64,000 nucleotides of DNA from a virus (Duplodnaviria; Caudoviricetes), in IMG/VR virus record IMGVR_UViG_2751185860_000001, positions 1 to 64,000 of that record; one strand, written 5' to 3'. The position numbers were made by a program, and so were the translations under genes. A model generated the notes under the pieces. The model was given only the letters and a program-made list of their open reading frames with translations. It did no database searches and was not told the DNA's origin. This document shows, piece by piece, positions 19,159 to 29,285 of this stretch; position 1 is the stretch's first letter; each line of letters begins with the position of its first letter.

Positions 19159-19196
19159 AAGAAGGGGGCGTTTGTTCCTTACGCTCCCTCCTTTTT
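19157..19196 (+). terminator. Internal terminator after the capsid genes
   Basis: gggggcgt/acgctccc stem followed by tccttttt. Confidence 0.6.
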
Positions 19197-19216
19197 AAAT
19201 GTTGGGAATATTATTG

Positions 19217-19912
19217 ATGGCTATTACGATTCATACAGGCGGTCCCCTTGAGATAAAAGGAGAGATAGTTCCTCATGATCAAAATTTCATTCAGATGGTC
19301 GATGATATTCAAGATGAGATTGATGATCAAACCAATGAATATGTTGACCAAGTACAAAAGGTGATATTTTCAGCTATTCGTTTTTGTGAACGGTTTCCCT
19401 TTTATTTTAATGAAAGCCGTGAGGTTGTTTTAACCACATTGCAAGGCAAAAGCCGATATGGAGATGAGGCTCACCCTTCAATCAGTGGAGCTATTCAGAT
19501 TATTGATGCTTATATTGATGGGAATAATCATAGCAAGTCAAAGCTTTTGCGGGTAGATCCGATGGAGATTGAAGGGTTTGATGAGGCTCATCGTGGTTTG
19601 CCCACACGCTATGCTTATTTTGCACAAAGGCTTGTTTTCTATCCAACACCCGATAATGTTTATTCTATCAGGCTTATTCTTGATCCTATACGGGTTAAAA
19701 CTATTGAGAATGCGAGGCAAGCATCTGTATGGTTTTTGGAAGCTTATGAGCTTATCAAAACCCGCGCAAAATATGAGTTATATGCCAATATACTCAAAGA
19801 ACCACAGATGGCAGCAACAGCCCTTGCGATGTTTCAAGAGCAGTTAAACGCGCTTCAAATTGAGACCTCACGGCGTAAAAACTTTGCACAGATTCAACAC
19901 ACGGATTTCTGA
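19217..19912 (+). CDS. Head-tail adaptor / tail tubular protein A-like
   Basis: Position after capsid; GLPTRYAYFAQRLVFYPTPD typical of podovirus adaptors. Confidence 0.6.
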   Translation: MAITIHTGGPLEIKGEIVPHDQNFIQMVDDIQDEIDDQTNEYVDQVQKVIFSAIRFCERFPFYFNESREVVLTTLQGKSRYGDEAHPSISGAIQIIDAYIDGNNHSKSKLLRVDPMEIEGFDEAHRGLPTRYAYFAQRLVFYPTPDNVYSIRLILDPIRVKTIENARQASVWFLEAYELIKTRAKYELYANILKEPQMAATALAMFQEQLNALQIETSRRKNFAQIQHTDF

Positions 19913-21369
19913 TGACTTTTATCCCTATTGCTGAATTTAGACCAGACACTGCATTTATAAACAGTGGCTATTCGAATGAGATTGTGAATGTTTTGCCTGC
20001 CCCTCAGGCTTATATTCCCTTTCCAACGGTTGCACCTATTTCAGAACCATTTCCCGATGAGATCTTAGGCGTGTATGCTGTACGCTCATCAGGTGGTGTG
20101 CGTATCATTGTGGGTTCACCAACCAAGCTTTACGCGTTTGATAATAGTACGCGTGGATGGAAAGATATCAGCAAGCCTGATACGCTCTATCATGCCAATG
20201 AGACAGCACCTTGGTCATTTGCTTCTTTTGGGGATTATATCATTGCTGTTAATAGTAATGATGCACCACAGGTGCTTTCTTTAAAAAAGGATGAGAGGTT
20301 TGATGATTTGGGAGGGGAGCCTCCACGGGCTGGTATTGTGCGTGTTTGGGGTGATTTTGTTTGTTTGATGAAGCTTACAGATTATCCAAACCGTGTGCAT
20401 TGGTCAGGGTTAAATGATGCGCAGTTTTGGACTGTTGGGGAAAACAGCTGTGATTATCAAAATTTTCCAGATGGTGAATATGTTCAAGGTTCAACACAAG
20501 CAACCAACCCATTTATTTTTATGCGATCTTCTATTTACCATGCGACATTTGTACCAGGCTCGAAGATTATATTTAGTTTTACGAAAGTAAAGGATAAAAT
20601 AGGAGCCAAAAGCAGCACAGCCATTGCAAGCCGTGGGGAACATACTTTCTTTGTCGCTGATGATGGGTTTTACCAGATCAATAATGAAGGAGAGATGCTG
20701 CCTATTGGTTTTGGTAAAGTCGATAAAACGGTTTTTACACTTTATCATAACTTTTCTATTGATGACATGCACGCGTGCATTGATCCAGTTTATTCACGGG
20801 TATACTTTTCGATCAATGACGATATCGCTGGAATGCATATTTATGTGTATGATTGGATCTTGCAAACATGGAGTGTCATCAAGGGGCATGATCTTTTCTT
20901 ATTTCCCTTATTTGCAGTGGGGTATACCTTAGAAGGTCTCGATGAAGTCTCTAACCGTTTGATAGATTTGCCCGCTTCTCTTGATAGTAAGATATGGCAA
21001 AATGGTGCCCCTGTCTTAGGAGCGTTTAATCAAGACAATAGATTTGGGCTTTTTGCTGGCCCGCCGATGGAAGCGGTGATTACCTCACAGACGATGGGTA
21101 ATACGACAAGACAGATCAACCTGATGAGTGAGGCTTTTGTTCAAGCCGATACAACAGAGGGTTTGTTAAGTGTTGGGGCTGCTTTTATTCTGGATGATGA
21201 CAATCGGTTTCATTGGGCAGACGAACGTTATGCGGGCTATAATCACGGGATGTATAATATTCGCTCACGAGCGCGTTATCATGGGTTGCGTCTGAGAATA
21301 CCAGAAGGCACACCATGGACGCATATGACAGGTTTTGAAGTAACGCTCAAACCTGCAGGTATCAGATGA
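19912..21369 (+). CDS. Tail nozzle / P22 gp10-like DNA stabilisation protein
   Basis: 485 aa beta-propeller-like ORF (WSFASFGDYIIAVN, VHWSGLND) in the podovirus tail position. Confidence 0.65.
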   Translation: MTFIPIAEFRPDTAFINSGYSNEIVNVLPAPQAYIPFPTVAPISEPFPDEILGVYAVRSSGGVRIIVGSPTKLYAFDNSTRGWKDISKPDTLYHANETAPWSFASFGDYIIAVNSNDAPQVLSLKKDERFDDLGGEPPRAGIVRVWGDFVCLMKLTDYPNRVHWSGLNDAQFWTVGENSCDYQNFPDGEYVQGSTQATNPFIFMRSSIYHATFVPGSKIIFSFTKVKDKIGAKSSTAIASRGEHTFFVADDGFYQINNEGEMLPIGFGKVDKTVFTLYHNFSIDDMHACIDPVYSRVYFSINDDIAGMHIYVYDWILQTWSVIKGHDLFLFPLFAVGYTLEGLDEVSNRLIDLPASLDSKIWQNGAPVLGAFNQDNRFGLFAGPPMEAVITSQTMGNTTRQINLMSEAFVQADTTEGLLSVGAAFILDDDNRFHWADERYAGYNHGMYNIRSRARYHGLRLRIPEGTPWTHMTGFEVTLKPAGIR

Positions 21370-21794
21370 ATTTGAAAGTTTATAACACACAGCAATGGAG
21401 TGCTGAACAAATAGCACCTTATTGGCGTAATATCTTAAAATCGATTGCTTATTTTATTGATAAGTTTCCCGATGATTATGATCTTGAGACACTTTTGAGC
21501 GATATTTTAAAAGGGGAAAAGCTTCTTTGGATTATCGTTGATGAGCACGAAAATTTTATGGCTCATATCACTACACAATTGGATCATCTTATTACAGGGG
21601 TAAAGCGTGCGGTTATTGTGACGCTTGGTGGAACAGGTGGGCAGCATTTAAGTCAGATTATTCCACATATTGAGGACTATTACAAAGAACAAGGGGCAGA
21701 CGAGCTTATCATCATAGGCCGGCGTGGATGGGAGAGATCTCTTAAAGCGCATGGCTACTGCGTTAATCTTTTAGAATATAGAAAGCAGCTTTAA
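21366..21794 (+). CDS. Hypothetical protein, GNAT-like fold possible
   Basis: 142 aa; IIIGRRGWERSL motif common in this position of podovirus modules. Confidence 0.55.
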   Translation: MNLKVYNTQQWSAEQIAPYWRNILKSIAYFIDKFPDDYDLETLLSDILKGEKLLWIIVDEHENFMAHITTQLDHLITGVKRAVIVTLGGTGGQHLSQIIPHIEDYYKEQGADELIIIGRRGWERSLKAHGYCVNLLEYRKQL

Positions 21795-21795
21795 C

Positions 21796-22839
21796 ATGGG
21801 AAAAAATAAAAAACCAAAGGTGACACAAAACACGACACAGACAAATGCACCTCCTGCGTGGGCACAAGGTATTTTTGAGCTTGGTGCCAATGATGCGATG
21901 AATCTTTACAATAGTGGCAGTGGGAAGGAGGTTTATCAGGGGGATCGTGTTACCAATTTGAGTGATCAGACATTGGGTGCGATTACAGGGCTTAACAACA
22001 CGGCTCAAAGCTATAATAACAGCTATTTAAATGGGCTTGCCACGGGACCAAATGCAGCAAGTCAAAATTTAAGCAACATGGCTTCTGGGGCGCAAATAGG
22101 CGCTAACCCTTATTTTAATGAAGCCCTTCAAAACACCTTAAACAATACGGCGAACTCTATTAACAGTTCAATGTCAGGGGCAGGGCGTTATGGTTCAGGG
22201 GCACATACGGGTGTTCTTGCCAATGAATTGGGGGGTATTGCAACCCAAGCGATGGCACAGCAATATAACCAAGATGTCAACAATATGATGGCTGCCAATA
22301 GTTTGATTGACCAGGCTAACCAAAACCAGCTTGCAGGGGCATCGAATTTCTTCCAAGGTCAAGGTCAGGCGAATATAAATGCGCTTGCGGGAGGCAGTTT
22401 GATTGATGCCAATAATCAGCAGAAACTTGATGCAGAGCGGGAAAAATGGGAGCAGCAGAATAATCTTGAATGGGATCAGTTAAGTAAGTTACTGGCCGCA
22501 GGAGGGGCTGTTTCTGGCAATTACGGTACACAAACAGGGCAATCGACAACACTTGTTCCAAACAATCCATGGGCAACTATTGGAGGTATTGGGGGTATTT
22601 TTGGTGGAATGCCGGGGTTAAGTGATCGAAGAGCAAAAGAGAACATTGTTGAAGTTGGGTATAGAGATGGACACAAGCTCTATGACTATAATTACAAAGG
22701 GTGCTCTAAACGCTATCGAGGGGTAATGGCGCAAGATATTCTTGCAACAAATCCTGAGGCTGTTTTCTTAAATACTGTCACCGGCCTTTTGCATGTTGAT
22801 TATAGCAAGCTTGGTTTTAATATGGAAAGGGTTGCTTAA
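21796..22839 (+). CDS. Internal virion (ejection) protein with C-terminal peptidase S74 / intramolecular chaperone domain
   Basis: N/Q/G/A-rich body; C-terminal LSDRRAKENI...YDYNYKG...RGVMAQDI...VDYSKL. Confidence 0.7.
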   Translation: MGKNKKPKVTQNTTQTNAPPAWAQGIFELGANDAMNLYNSGSGKEVYQGDRVTNLSDQTLGAITGLNNTAQSYNNSYLNGLATGPNAASQNLSNMASGAQIGANPYFNEALQNTLNNTANSINSSMSGAGRYGSGAHTGVLANELGGIATQAMAQQYNQDVNNMMAANSLIDQANQNQLAGASNFFQGQGQANINALAGGSLIDANNQQKLDAEREKWEQQNNLEWDQLSKLLAAGGAVSGNYGTQTGQSTTLVPNNPWATIGGIGGIFGGMPGLSDRRAKENIVEVGYRDGHKLYDYNYKGCSKRYRGVMAQDILATNPEAVFLNTVTGLLHVDYSKLGFNMERVA

Positions 22840-24572
22840 TGTCTAGATTTGATGAGTTAGATCCACCTTTGGGTCAAGAAAATGGCCGCAATAATAAAGG
22901 GTTTATGCATTTTTTTGCTCGTTCTGACCCGTTCCTTAAGCATATCAATAAACAAGACAGGCGTTATAATCGACAAAAGGCCACTCTTCAGGATCTTATT
23001 CGAGGCGTTTATGATGAACCTGAAGAAACGGGTAAAAAAGGGCTTAAAGATTTAATTGTATCTGTTACAGATTTAAAAAGTCAGATGCCTCCTTTATCAG
23101 ATTACTCAATCAAAACAAACAATACACCCCAACTCTATCAAGGCAATTCTTTAGAGAATGCTGTGTCGTTGGCGCCCCAATCTGAATTTGTTTCTCCTAT
23201 TGATATGCCTTCACAAGATGAAGCAGAGCAACAGCAAAAGGATGCAATGAATTATATTGCTGAGCTCAACAGAGGAGGACCTGCCCCAGAGCAATTGCAG
23301 GGTGATGCGCCTTTGAATGAAGAGGAGGCTTTGAGTGAGGAAGGGGCTTTACAAGCAAATGATAAGCCAGAGCAAGCTGTAAATGGTGAAGCAGAAGATT
23401 TTTTCCAAAGGTTAGTGGGGGGCAATGGAGATACACAGGCGCATGATAAATACAGTGCGAGCGGTTTATGGGATCGTTTTAAGAACTCGGAATTTTCAGA
23501 GCGTTTAATGGATTCTTTTGCTGGTCTTGCTTCGGGGCAAACACCTCAAGAGAGCTTTTCAAATGCAGCACTTAAATTGCGCCAGGGCAATAGTGAGCGG
23601 GCTCAACGTCAGCAAATTTTAAAAGTTTTACAATCCAAAGGATATAGTGATCAAGAGGCGCAAGCAATTGCACAAAACCCTGATCTTGCTACGAAAATCA
23701 TGAGCGATACGTTAAGCCCTACTGGCCTTCAGGAGGGGTATAGAATACTCACACCCGAAGAAAAGGAAGCGCACGGCTTGCCCGGTGATATGGCTTACCA
23801 AATATCAACACAGACGGGCAAGATTGAACCTCTCAAGGGAACACAAAGAACAGATGATCCTAACAATATGCTTTCAAGGCCTGAGCTTGGACATATGTAT
23901 GTTAAAGATGAAAATGGCAACATACGTTCTGTACTTATTCCAGGAAGTGATGCAGAGCGTAAAAGAATAGATGAAGAGAACAAGAAAAAAGTAGAATTTG
24001 CAAACAAATCTTTTAAAGCAGAACAGTTCATTGGAATGGTAGAAAAATTACAGGAAAAATTGGATAAAAATCATAGCATTGTTGGTTTTTTGGGTTATTG
24101 GGAATCGCTCATACCAGGAACACCTGCTTCTCAATTTAAGTCTATGCTTAATGTTATTAAAGCAAACATTGCAATTGATAGATTGATGCAAATGAAAGAT
24201 CTTGCGCCAAATGGAGCATCAGGCTTTGGGAACTTATCTAACGTTGAATTTATGGCACTGCAGAACTCTATAGCTGCTTTAGAACAAGACCTTTCACCTG
24301 AGCAGATGAAAGAATCTTTCCAAACGATTATTGATACTTACAAGAAAGCCAATAAAGCAACGCGGATACTTCTTTTTAGTGAAGGAGAAGTATCACCTGA
24401 ACTTGTTCAAGAAGCATACGGAATTGAAGCTTATAAAAATCAAGATAAGGCGCAACAGACGCAAGATGAGCAGCCACGTGTGACGGAATATACGCAATTT
24501 GATACGTTACCAGAAGGTTATGCATTCCTTGATAGTGACAATCGCGTTAGAAGGAAACAAAGCAATGGCTGA
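22839..24572 (+). CDS. Internal virion / DNA injection protein
   Basis: 577 aa in the ejection-gene block; SGFGNLSNVEFMALQNSIAALEQ. Confidence 0.6.
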   Translation: MSRFDELDPPLGQENGRNNKGFMHFFARSDPFLKHINKQDRRYNRQKATLQDLIRGVYDEPEETGKKGLKDLIVSVTDLKSQMPPLSDYSIKTNNTPQLYQGNSLENAVSLAPQSEFVSPIDMPSQDEAEQQQKDAMNYIAELNRGGPAPEQLQGDAPLNEEEALSEEGALQANDKPEQAVNGEAEDFFQRLVGGNGDTQAHDKYSASGLWDRFKNSEFSERLMDSFAGLASGQTPQESFSNAALKLRQGNSERAQRQQILKVLQSKGYSDQEAQAIAQNPDLATKIMSDTLSPTGLQEGYRILTPEEKEAHGLPGDMAYQISTQTGKIEPLKGTQRTDDPNNMLSRPELGHMYVKDENGNIRSVLIPGSDAERKRIDEENKKKVEFANKSFKAEQFIGMVEKLQEKLDKNHSIVGFLGYWESLIPGTPASQFKSMLNVIKANIAIDRLMQMKDLAPNGASGFGNLSNVEFMALQNSIAALEQDLSPEQMKESFQTIIDTYKKANKATRILLFSEGEVSPELVQEAYGIEAYKNQDKAQQTQDEQPRVTEYTQFDTLPEGYAFLDSDNRVRRKQSNG

Positions 24573-27156
24573 GTTAAGACAACCCATGACAAACGAAAAG
24601 CCTTTTGATAAGCGATTAGTTGATAAGCGATTGCTTGATACAAACTATAATAATGCTGAAGTTCTTGGTCATATAAGTGACTTTACTCCAGAACAACTCC
24701 GAGAGATTTTCTCAAAAAATAAGGAGTTGCTTGAGAAAGCAAAAAAAAATAAAATTTCATCTCCCCCTCCTTTTGATAAGCGATTAGTTGATAAACGATT
24801 GCTTGACACAGACTATAATAATTCTCCTGTTCTTGGTCATATAAGTGACTTTACCCCAGAACAGCTCCGAGAGATTTTCTCAAGGAATAAAGAATTACTT
24901 GCTAAAGCAAGACAAAATGGTTCTATCACAAACAATAATAAACCAACGACACAAGAAGATAGTCCTAAAACGAGTACTATGGAGGCTTTGGGATGGGGGA
25001 CAGTTCACGGAGCGACTTTGGGCTATGATGATGAAATAGGAGCACTTTTTGGAAAAGAAACATATGACGACGGAGTGAAGAGACGGCGTGACTATCAAAA
25101 GTTGTTGGCTAAAGAGCATCCTTATGCTTATTTCGCCGGTAATTTAGCTGGTGGTGTGGCAGCCCTAGTTCCTGCAATAGTTGCAGGCCCTGTTGCAGCA
25201 GGTGGTGCTGCTGTTGCACGTGGTGCGCTTGCTGCTGGACGTGCTGCTCCTGCTATTGGACGAGGTATAGCTGGTGCTATACGTGGTGCTCCTGCTGCTA
25301 TGCGCGCTATGCCTTCAGCTGTACGCGCTGTTCCCGCTGCTATGCGTGCTGCTCCTGCTGCTGTTGGACGTGGTGCACTTGCTACTGGACGTGCTATTCC
25401 CGGTGCTATACGTGCTACTCCTACAGCAGCAAAAGCTGTAGGTAAAGCTGTAATGAGTCCTGTAAATAAGGCAGCCACAAGAACTTCAGGTGCAGCTGCA
25501 GATTATGTAAGTAGAGCAGAGGCAAAAGCATTTCATTCTGCATTAGCGCAAGGAGCCACACGGGCAGAAGCAAAACTTGCAGGGGAAGCAGCTGCAAAGA
25601 AAGCCGTAGCAAAGTTTAATACAATACGCGCAGCAAAAATCGGTGGAATCTATGGAGCTATAGCAGGAAGTGGTGAAGGGGAAGGTTGGGGGAATACTAT
25701 AGTAACTACTGGATTTGGTGGGGCATTTGGTGGTCTTACACCCTTTGCTCTATCAGCAGCAGCGCCTCTTGTCACAAAACCAGCTAGTGCAACGACTTCT
25801 TTTGTTAAAAAAACGCTTCCAAAATGGGTTCGTGGAAGTCAACCAGGTGAAGTTCAAATAAGCAACAAAGCGCTTAAAGAGATAAGTCGTGCTTTAGACA
25901 ATGCAGGTATTCATGATCTTGACAAGGCTTTAAAGTGGAAAGGCTCTGATTCAATGATCATTGATTTAAGTGATCAGCTTGCTGCACGGGCTTTAAGAGA
26001 GGCAAAAAAAGACTATCCTACACATTCAATAATGAGCAATCGTTTAGGAGCTAGGCAAGCTGAAAGTACTCAACGTGTAAGGGAAAGACTAAATGAAACA
26101 CTCGGTAAGAAAGTTAATACACTTGATTTAAAGCAAGACATTATTAACACCGCAAAAAGAGAGGCTGAACCGCTCTATGAAAAGGCATTTACTGCACCCA
26201 TTGCAGAGTCTGTTATGAAAGATTTACAGCTTTTAGAAGAAAGTCCTGCATTTAATGACGCACGTAAAAAAGCAATTGCGGGCTTGTTAAACGTGGGAGA
26301 TGAAACAGTTATAGCAAATCGTAAAAATCCAGAAATGAGTATGCAGATTTTGCACAGAATAAAGGGGGACATAGATAATCAGATTAAATTAGCTCTCAGA
26401 GAAGATAATCAAACACATGCTGCAGATTTGATGAATGTGAAGGAACGTCTTCTTCGTGTTTTAGATACGTCATCTCCACATTATACCCAAGCAAGAAAGT
26501 TTTACCATGATGAGCGCACTCTTGGCAGCGCCTTATCTCAAGGTGAAAAAGCGTTTGATAAGAATGTTACGCTTGATATGATCAAAAATCAGCTTTCAGG
26601 CTTGGAATCTAAAGAACTGGATGCGTTTAGAAAAGGTGCACGTTCACAGATAGAACATGCAGCAGCCAATGTACAAAGCCCTGAGAATAGTCTTTCCAAT
26701 TTGTTTAATACGCAAAGTGGACAAGAGAAATTACGGCTCATTTATGGTAAGGATAAAGCAAACCAAATGGTGAAAGCTTTACGGCCAGAGGTTGAGAGAT
26801 CAGAGTTATTTGCTCGCCTTCCAAGGAACGAGGGTGAGCTCGGATCAAAGGCAGGAGAAGCACTTGATAATGTAAGTAAGTCTAGCCTTCGTACTACAAT
26901 AATGAATTTTTTTACAGGGTCAGTCAAGCGTGGAGTGTCGTCAATCGATAGAAATGTCGAGAGAGATATTGCAGAACTCATAACAGCCCATGAACGTGGG
27001 GATGTTAGGTTATCGAGACAAAAATCTGTTGAGTTAATTAACAAGTTTCGTAAAGCAGAACAGAAGCGTTTAATCACACAAGAAGAATTTGTAAAGTTCA
27101 TCAATTTGCTTAATGTTCTATCGACGGGCAGCTATATTAGAGGGCTTAAAAATTAA
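24565..27156 (+). CDS. Large internal virion / ejection protein with repeats
   Basis: About 860 aa; duplicated 56-aa N-terminal unit and Ala/Gly-rich hydrophobic segment. Confidence 0.65.
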   Translation: MAELRQPMTNEKPFDKRLVDKRLLDTNYNNAEVLGHISDFTPEQLREIFSKNKELLEKAKKNKISSPPPFDKRLVDKRLLDTDYNNSPVLGHISDFTPEQLREIFSRNKELLAKARQNGSITNNNKPTTQEDSPKTSTMEALGWGTVHGATLGYDDEIGALFGKETYDDGVKRRRDYQKLLAKEHPYAYFAGNLAGGVAALVPAIVAGPVAAGGAAVARGALAAGRAAPAIGRGIAGAIRGAPAAMRAMPSAVRAVPAAMRAAPAAVGRGALATGRAIPGAIRATPTAAKAVGKAVMSPVNKAATRTSGAAADYVSRAEAKAFHSALAQGATRAEAKLAGEAAAKKAVAKFNTIRAAKIGGIYGAIAGSGEGEGWGNTIVTTGFGGAFGGLTPFALSAAAPLVTKPASATTSFVKKTLPKWVRGSQPGEVQISNKALKEISRALDNAGIHDLDKALKWKGSDSMIIDLSDQLAARALREAKKDYPTHSIMSNRLGARQAESTQRVRERLNETLGKKVNTLDLKQDIINTAKREAEPLYEKAFTAPIAESVMKDLQLLEESPAFNDARKKAIAGLLNVGDETVIANRKNPEMSMQILHRIKGDIDNQIKLALREDNQTHAADLMNVKERLLRVLDTSSPHYTQARKFYHDERTLGSALSQGEKAFDKNVTLDMIKNQLSGLESKELDAFRKGARSQIEHAAANVQSPENSLSNLFNTQSGQEKLRLIYGKDKANQMVKALRPEVERSELFARLPRNEGELGSKAGEALDNVSKSSLRTTIMNFFTGSVKRGVSSIDRNVERDIAELITAHERGDVRLSRQKSVELINKFRKAEQKRLITQEEFVKFINLLNVLSTGSYIRGLKN
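24601..24910. repeat. 168-bp tandem duplication in the ejection gene
   Basis: ccttttgataagcgattagttgata... starts at 24601 and 24769. Confidence 0.85.
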
Positions 27157-28025
27157 TGATTAATTTTCATCCTGATGTTCACAGTGCCATCTCCCAGGCG
27201 GCACAAAGGTATGATTTACCCGAAAGCTTTCTTAAACGCGTGGCGATGATAGAAAGTGGTGGTGATCCCAATGCAAGAAATAAGAACAGTAGTGCAGGTG
27301 GGCTTTATCAATTTTTAGATTCAACAGCACGCCAATATAAGTTGGATAACAAGTTTGATCCACTTCAATCGATTGATGCGATGGCACGGTTTACCAAAGA
27401 CAATATCCGTTATTTGCAAACAGCTTTGGGAAGAGCACCTTCAGAAGCTGAACTTTATTTAGCACATCAACAAGGGCCAGCGGGGGCTGCAAGGCTTATT
27501 AAAAACCCAAATGCACCAGCAAGCCAGCTGTTAACCCCCCAGGCAATAGCCCTTAATGGTGGCCGCCCTGGTGCAACAGCAGGTGATTTTATGAATCATG
27601 TTTATCAGCTGTACAATAAAACAGCACAGCCTGAGCAAGGTTATAGGCAAGCGGTTCCACCACGTGGCATGCAAAGGCTTCAAAATGTAATGCAGGGTGA
27701 TCAATTGGTTGCACAGAATATGGCAATGTATCCTCAAATGGTGCCTCCTGAAAATGTTGCACGTACTGATTTTCTAAAAAAAGGCGTGGATGGTTTAACG
27801 CAGTTAATCAAAGAGAATGCGCAAAATTATGATCAACAGATACAGATGGCACAAAATCACATGATGCAGCAGCCTGTGTTTTCACAAGCAGGGGCACGCC
27901 CTGCAGATCTAACGCCTTTGATTGACCCGTCACGACGTCAACCTGTTTCTTCTTTAAATGGTCGACAAAGAGGAGATCAATTGCGCAAAGAGTTCTTAAC
28001 AAGGGCAGGAGTTTATAATGTCTGA
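27156..28025 (+). CDS. Virion-associated lytic transglycosylase (SLT-like)
   Basis: AMIESGGDPNARNKNSSAGGLYQF. Confidence 0.85.
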   Translation: MINFHPDVHSAISQAAQRYDLPESFLKRVAMIESGGDPNARNKNSSAGGLYQFLDSTARQYKLDNKFDPLQSIDAMARFTKDNIRYLQTALGRAPSEAELYLAHQQGPAGAARLIKNPNAPASQLLTPQAIALNGGRPGATAGDFMNHVYQLYNKTAQPEQGYRQAVPPRGMQRLQNVMQGDQLVAQNMAMYPQMVPPENVARTDFLKKGVDGLTQLIKENAQNYDQQIQMAQNHMMQQPVFSQAGARPADLTPLIDPSRRQPVSSLNGRQRGDQLRKEFLTRAGVYNV

Positions 28026-28998
28026 TATTTATGATTGGTCACTGACAGCGGATACAAACGCACACTCAGATGATATTATTAATTGGGCACAAGGTCAGCC
28101 GCCCAGTTCTGTTAATAATAGTGCACGTGCTATGATGCAGCGTATACGAGAATATCTTGCAGATAATGGCGGGAGTATTGAAGCAAAGTTTGTCGTCAAC
28201 AGTCAAGAAAAGACGACATCAATTACACTCAATACAGTTTCTCCTATCACGGAATATAAGAATGATATCTTTATACGTTTTAAGGCAAGCGACACAAATG
28301 TTGGTGCGACAACAATAACCGTCAATCGTTTGAGTGAGAAGCCTGTTTATAAGATGACCGATGCAGGTGTTATGCCTTTAGAAGGTGGTGAACTGCAAAA
28401 AGATGGCATTTATGAACTGGTCTATAATAACAACACACTAACAAGAAGTCTTGATGGTTGGTATTTATTAAACCCAACCCCAAAAACACCTCCTAAGATA
28501 GAAATTTTTCCAGCTGGGTTTATTGCGACATTTGCAATGAAAGAAGTGCCAGGTGGTTGGCTTTTGTGTGATGGTGCAAGCTATGAGCGCAAGAAATATC
28601 CTCGGTTGTTCAAGGCAATAGATATATATTGGGGAGCAGATAGCGATACTACTTTTAGAGTACCCGATTTTAGGGGGATGTTTTTACGTGGTTTTGATAA
28701 TGGGCGTGGTGTAGATCAGGGTAGAAAATTTGCTGAAAAGCAGCAAGATAGCTTGAAAACGCATACACATGGCTGCACCATTGAAATGTCAGGGGCGCAT
28801 GTACACCAGTATCAGTATGAGGCGTTAAGAAGACCTGGCAGTCCTATTGGTGGAAGAAACCCTGCCTTTTATAGCCAAAATATAAGAGCAAATACAGCCT
28901 CAGCAGGTGCACATACGCATAGTGCAACGATTTATTCAACAGGTGGAGCAGAAACACGCCCTATTAATACAACGGTTGTTTACGCCATAAAATCATAA
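28018..28998 (+). CDS. Tail fibre with phage tail-collar domain
   Basis: PAGFIATFAMKEVPGGWLLCDGASY...FRVPDFRGMFLRGFDNGRGVD...ETRPIN. Confidence 0.88.
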   Translation: MSDIYDWSLTADTNAHSDDIINWAQGQPPSSVNNSARAMMQRIREYLADNGGSIEAKFVVNSQEKTTSITLNTVSPITEYKNDIFIRFKASDTNVGATTITVNRLSEKPVYKMTDAGVMPLEGGELQKDGIYELVYNNNTLTRSLDGWYLLNPTPKTPPKIEIFPAGFIATFAMKEVPGGWLLCDGASYERKKYPRLFKAIDIYWGADSDTTFRVPDFRGMFLRGFDNGRGVDQGRKFAEKQQDSLKTHTHGCTIEMSGAHVHQYQYEALRRPGSPIGGRNPAFYSQNIRANTASAGAHTHSATIYSTGGAETRPINTTVVYAIKS

Positions 28999-29011
28999 AG
29001 GTTTTTTAAAG

Positions 29012-29272
29012 ATGATCAATAATCCCTCGGCAATTGATGAGATTGCCGACACAGGGCAGATTCGTGTTCTTTTTTATGCAAGTCATAAATTAGTTCATGC
29101 GCCATTAAATAAGGTTCTTGATAAGGTCAAAGACGATATTCAGCATGATCTTTTGAATGTTTTTACAGCTTACCAAAAAGAGACAGAGCAACGCATTGAG
29201 ACTTTGCAAGAAGCCGTTGATGAATTGCGTTTGCAACTTGTCAATCTAACACATCCCGAAGATACAAATTAA
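29012..29272 (+). CDS. Small coiled-coil tail-associated protein
   Basis: 86 aa ORF between the two fibre genes. Confidence 0.55.
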   Translation: MINNPSAIDEIADTGQIRVLFYASHKLVHAPLNKVLDKVKDDIQHDLLNVFTAYQKETEQRIETLQEAVDELRLQLVNLTHPEDTN

Positions 29273-29285
29273 GGAATTCAAAGCG

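Noticed and set aside
25128-25612. Ala/Pro-rich minus-strand ORFs
   Set aside because: Antisense to the repeat region of the ejection protein
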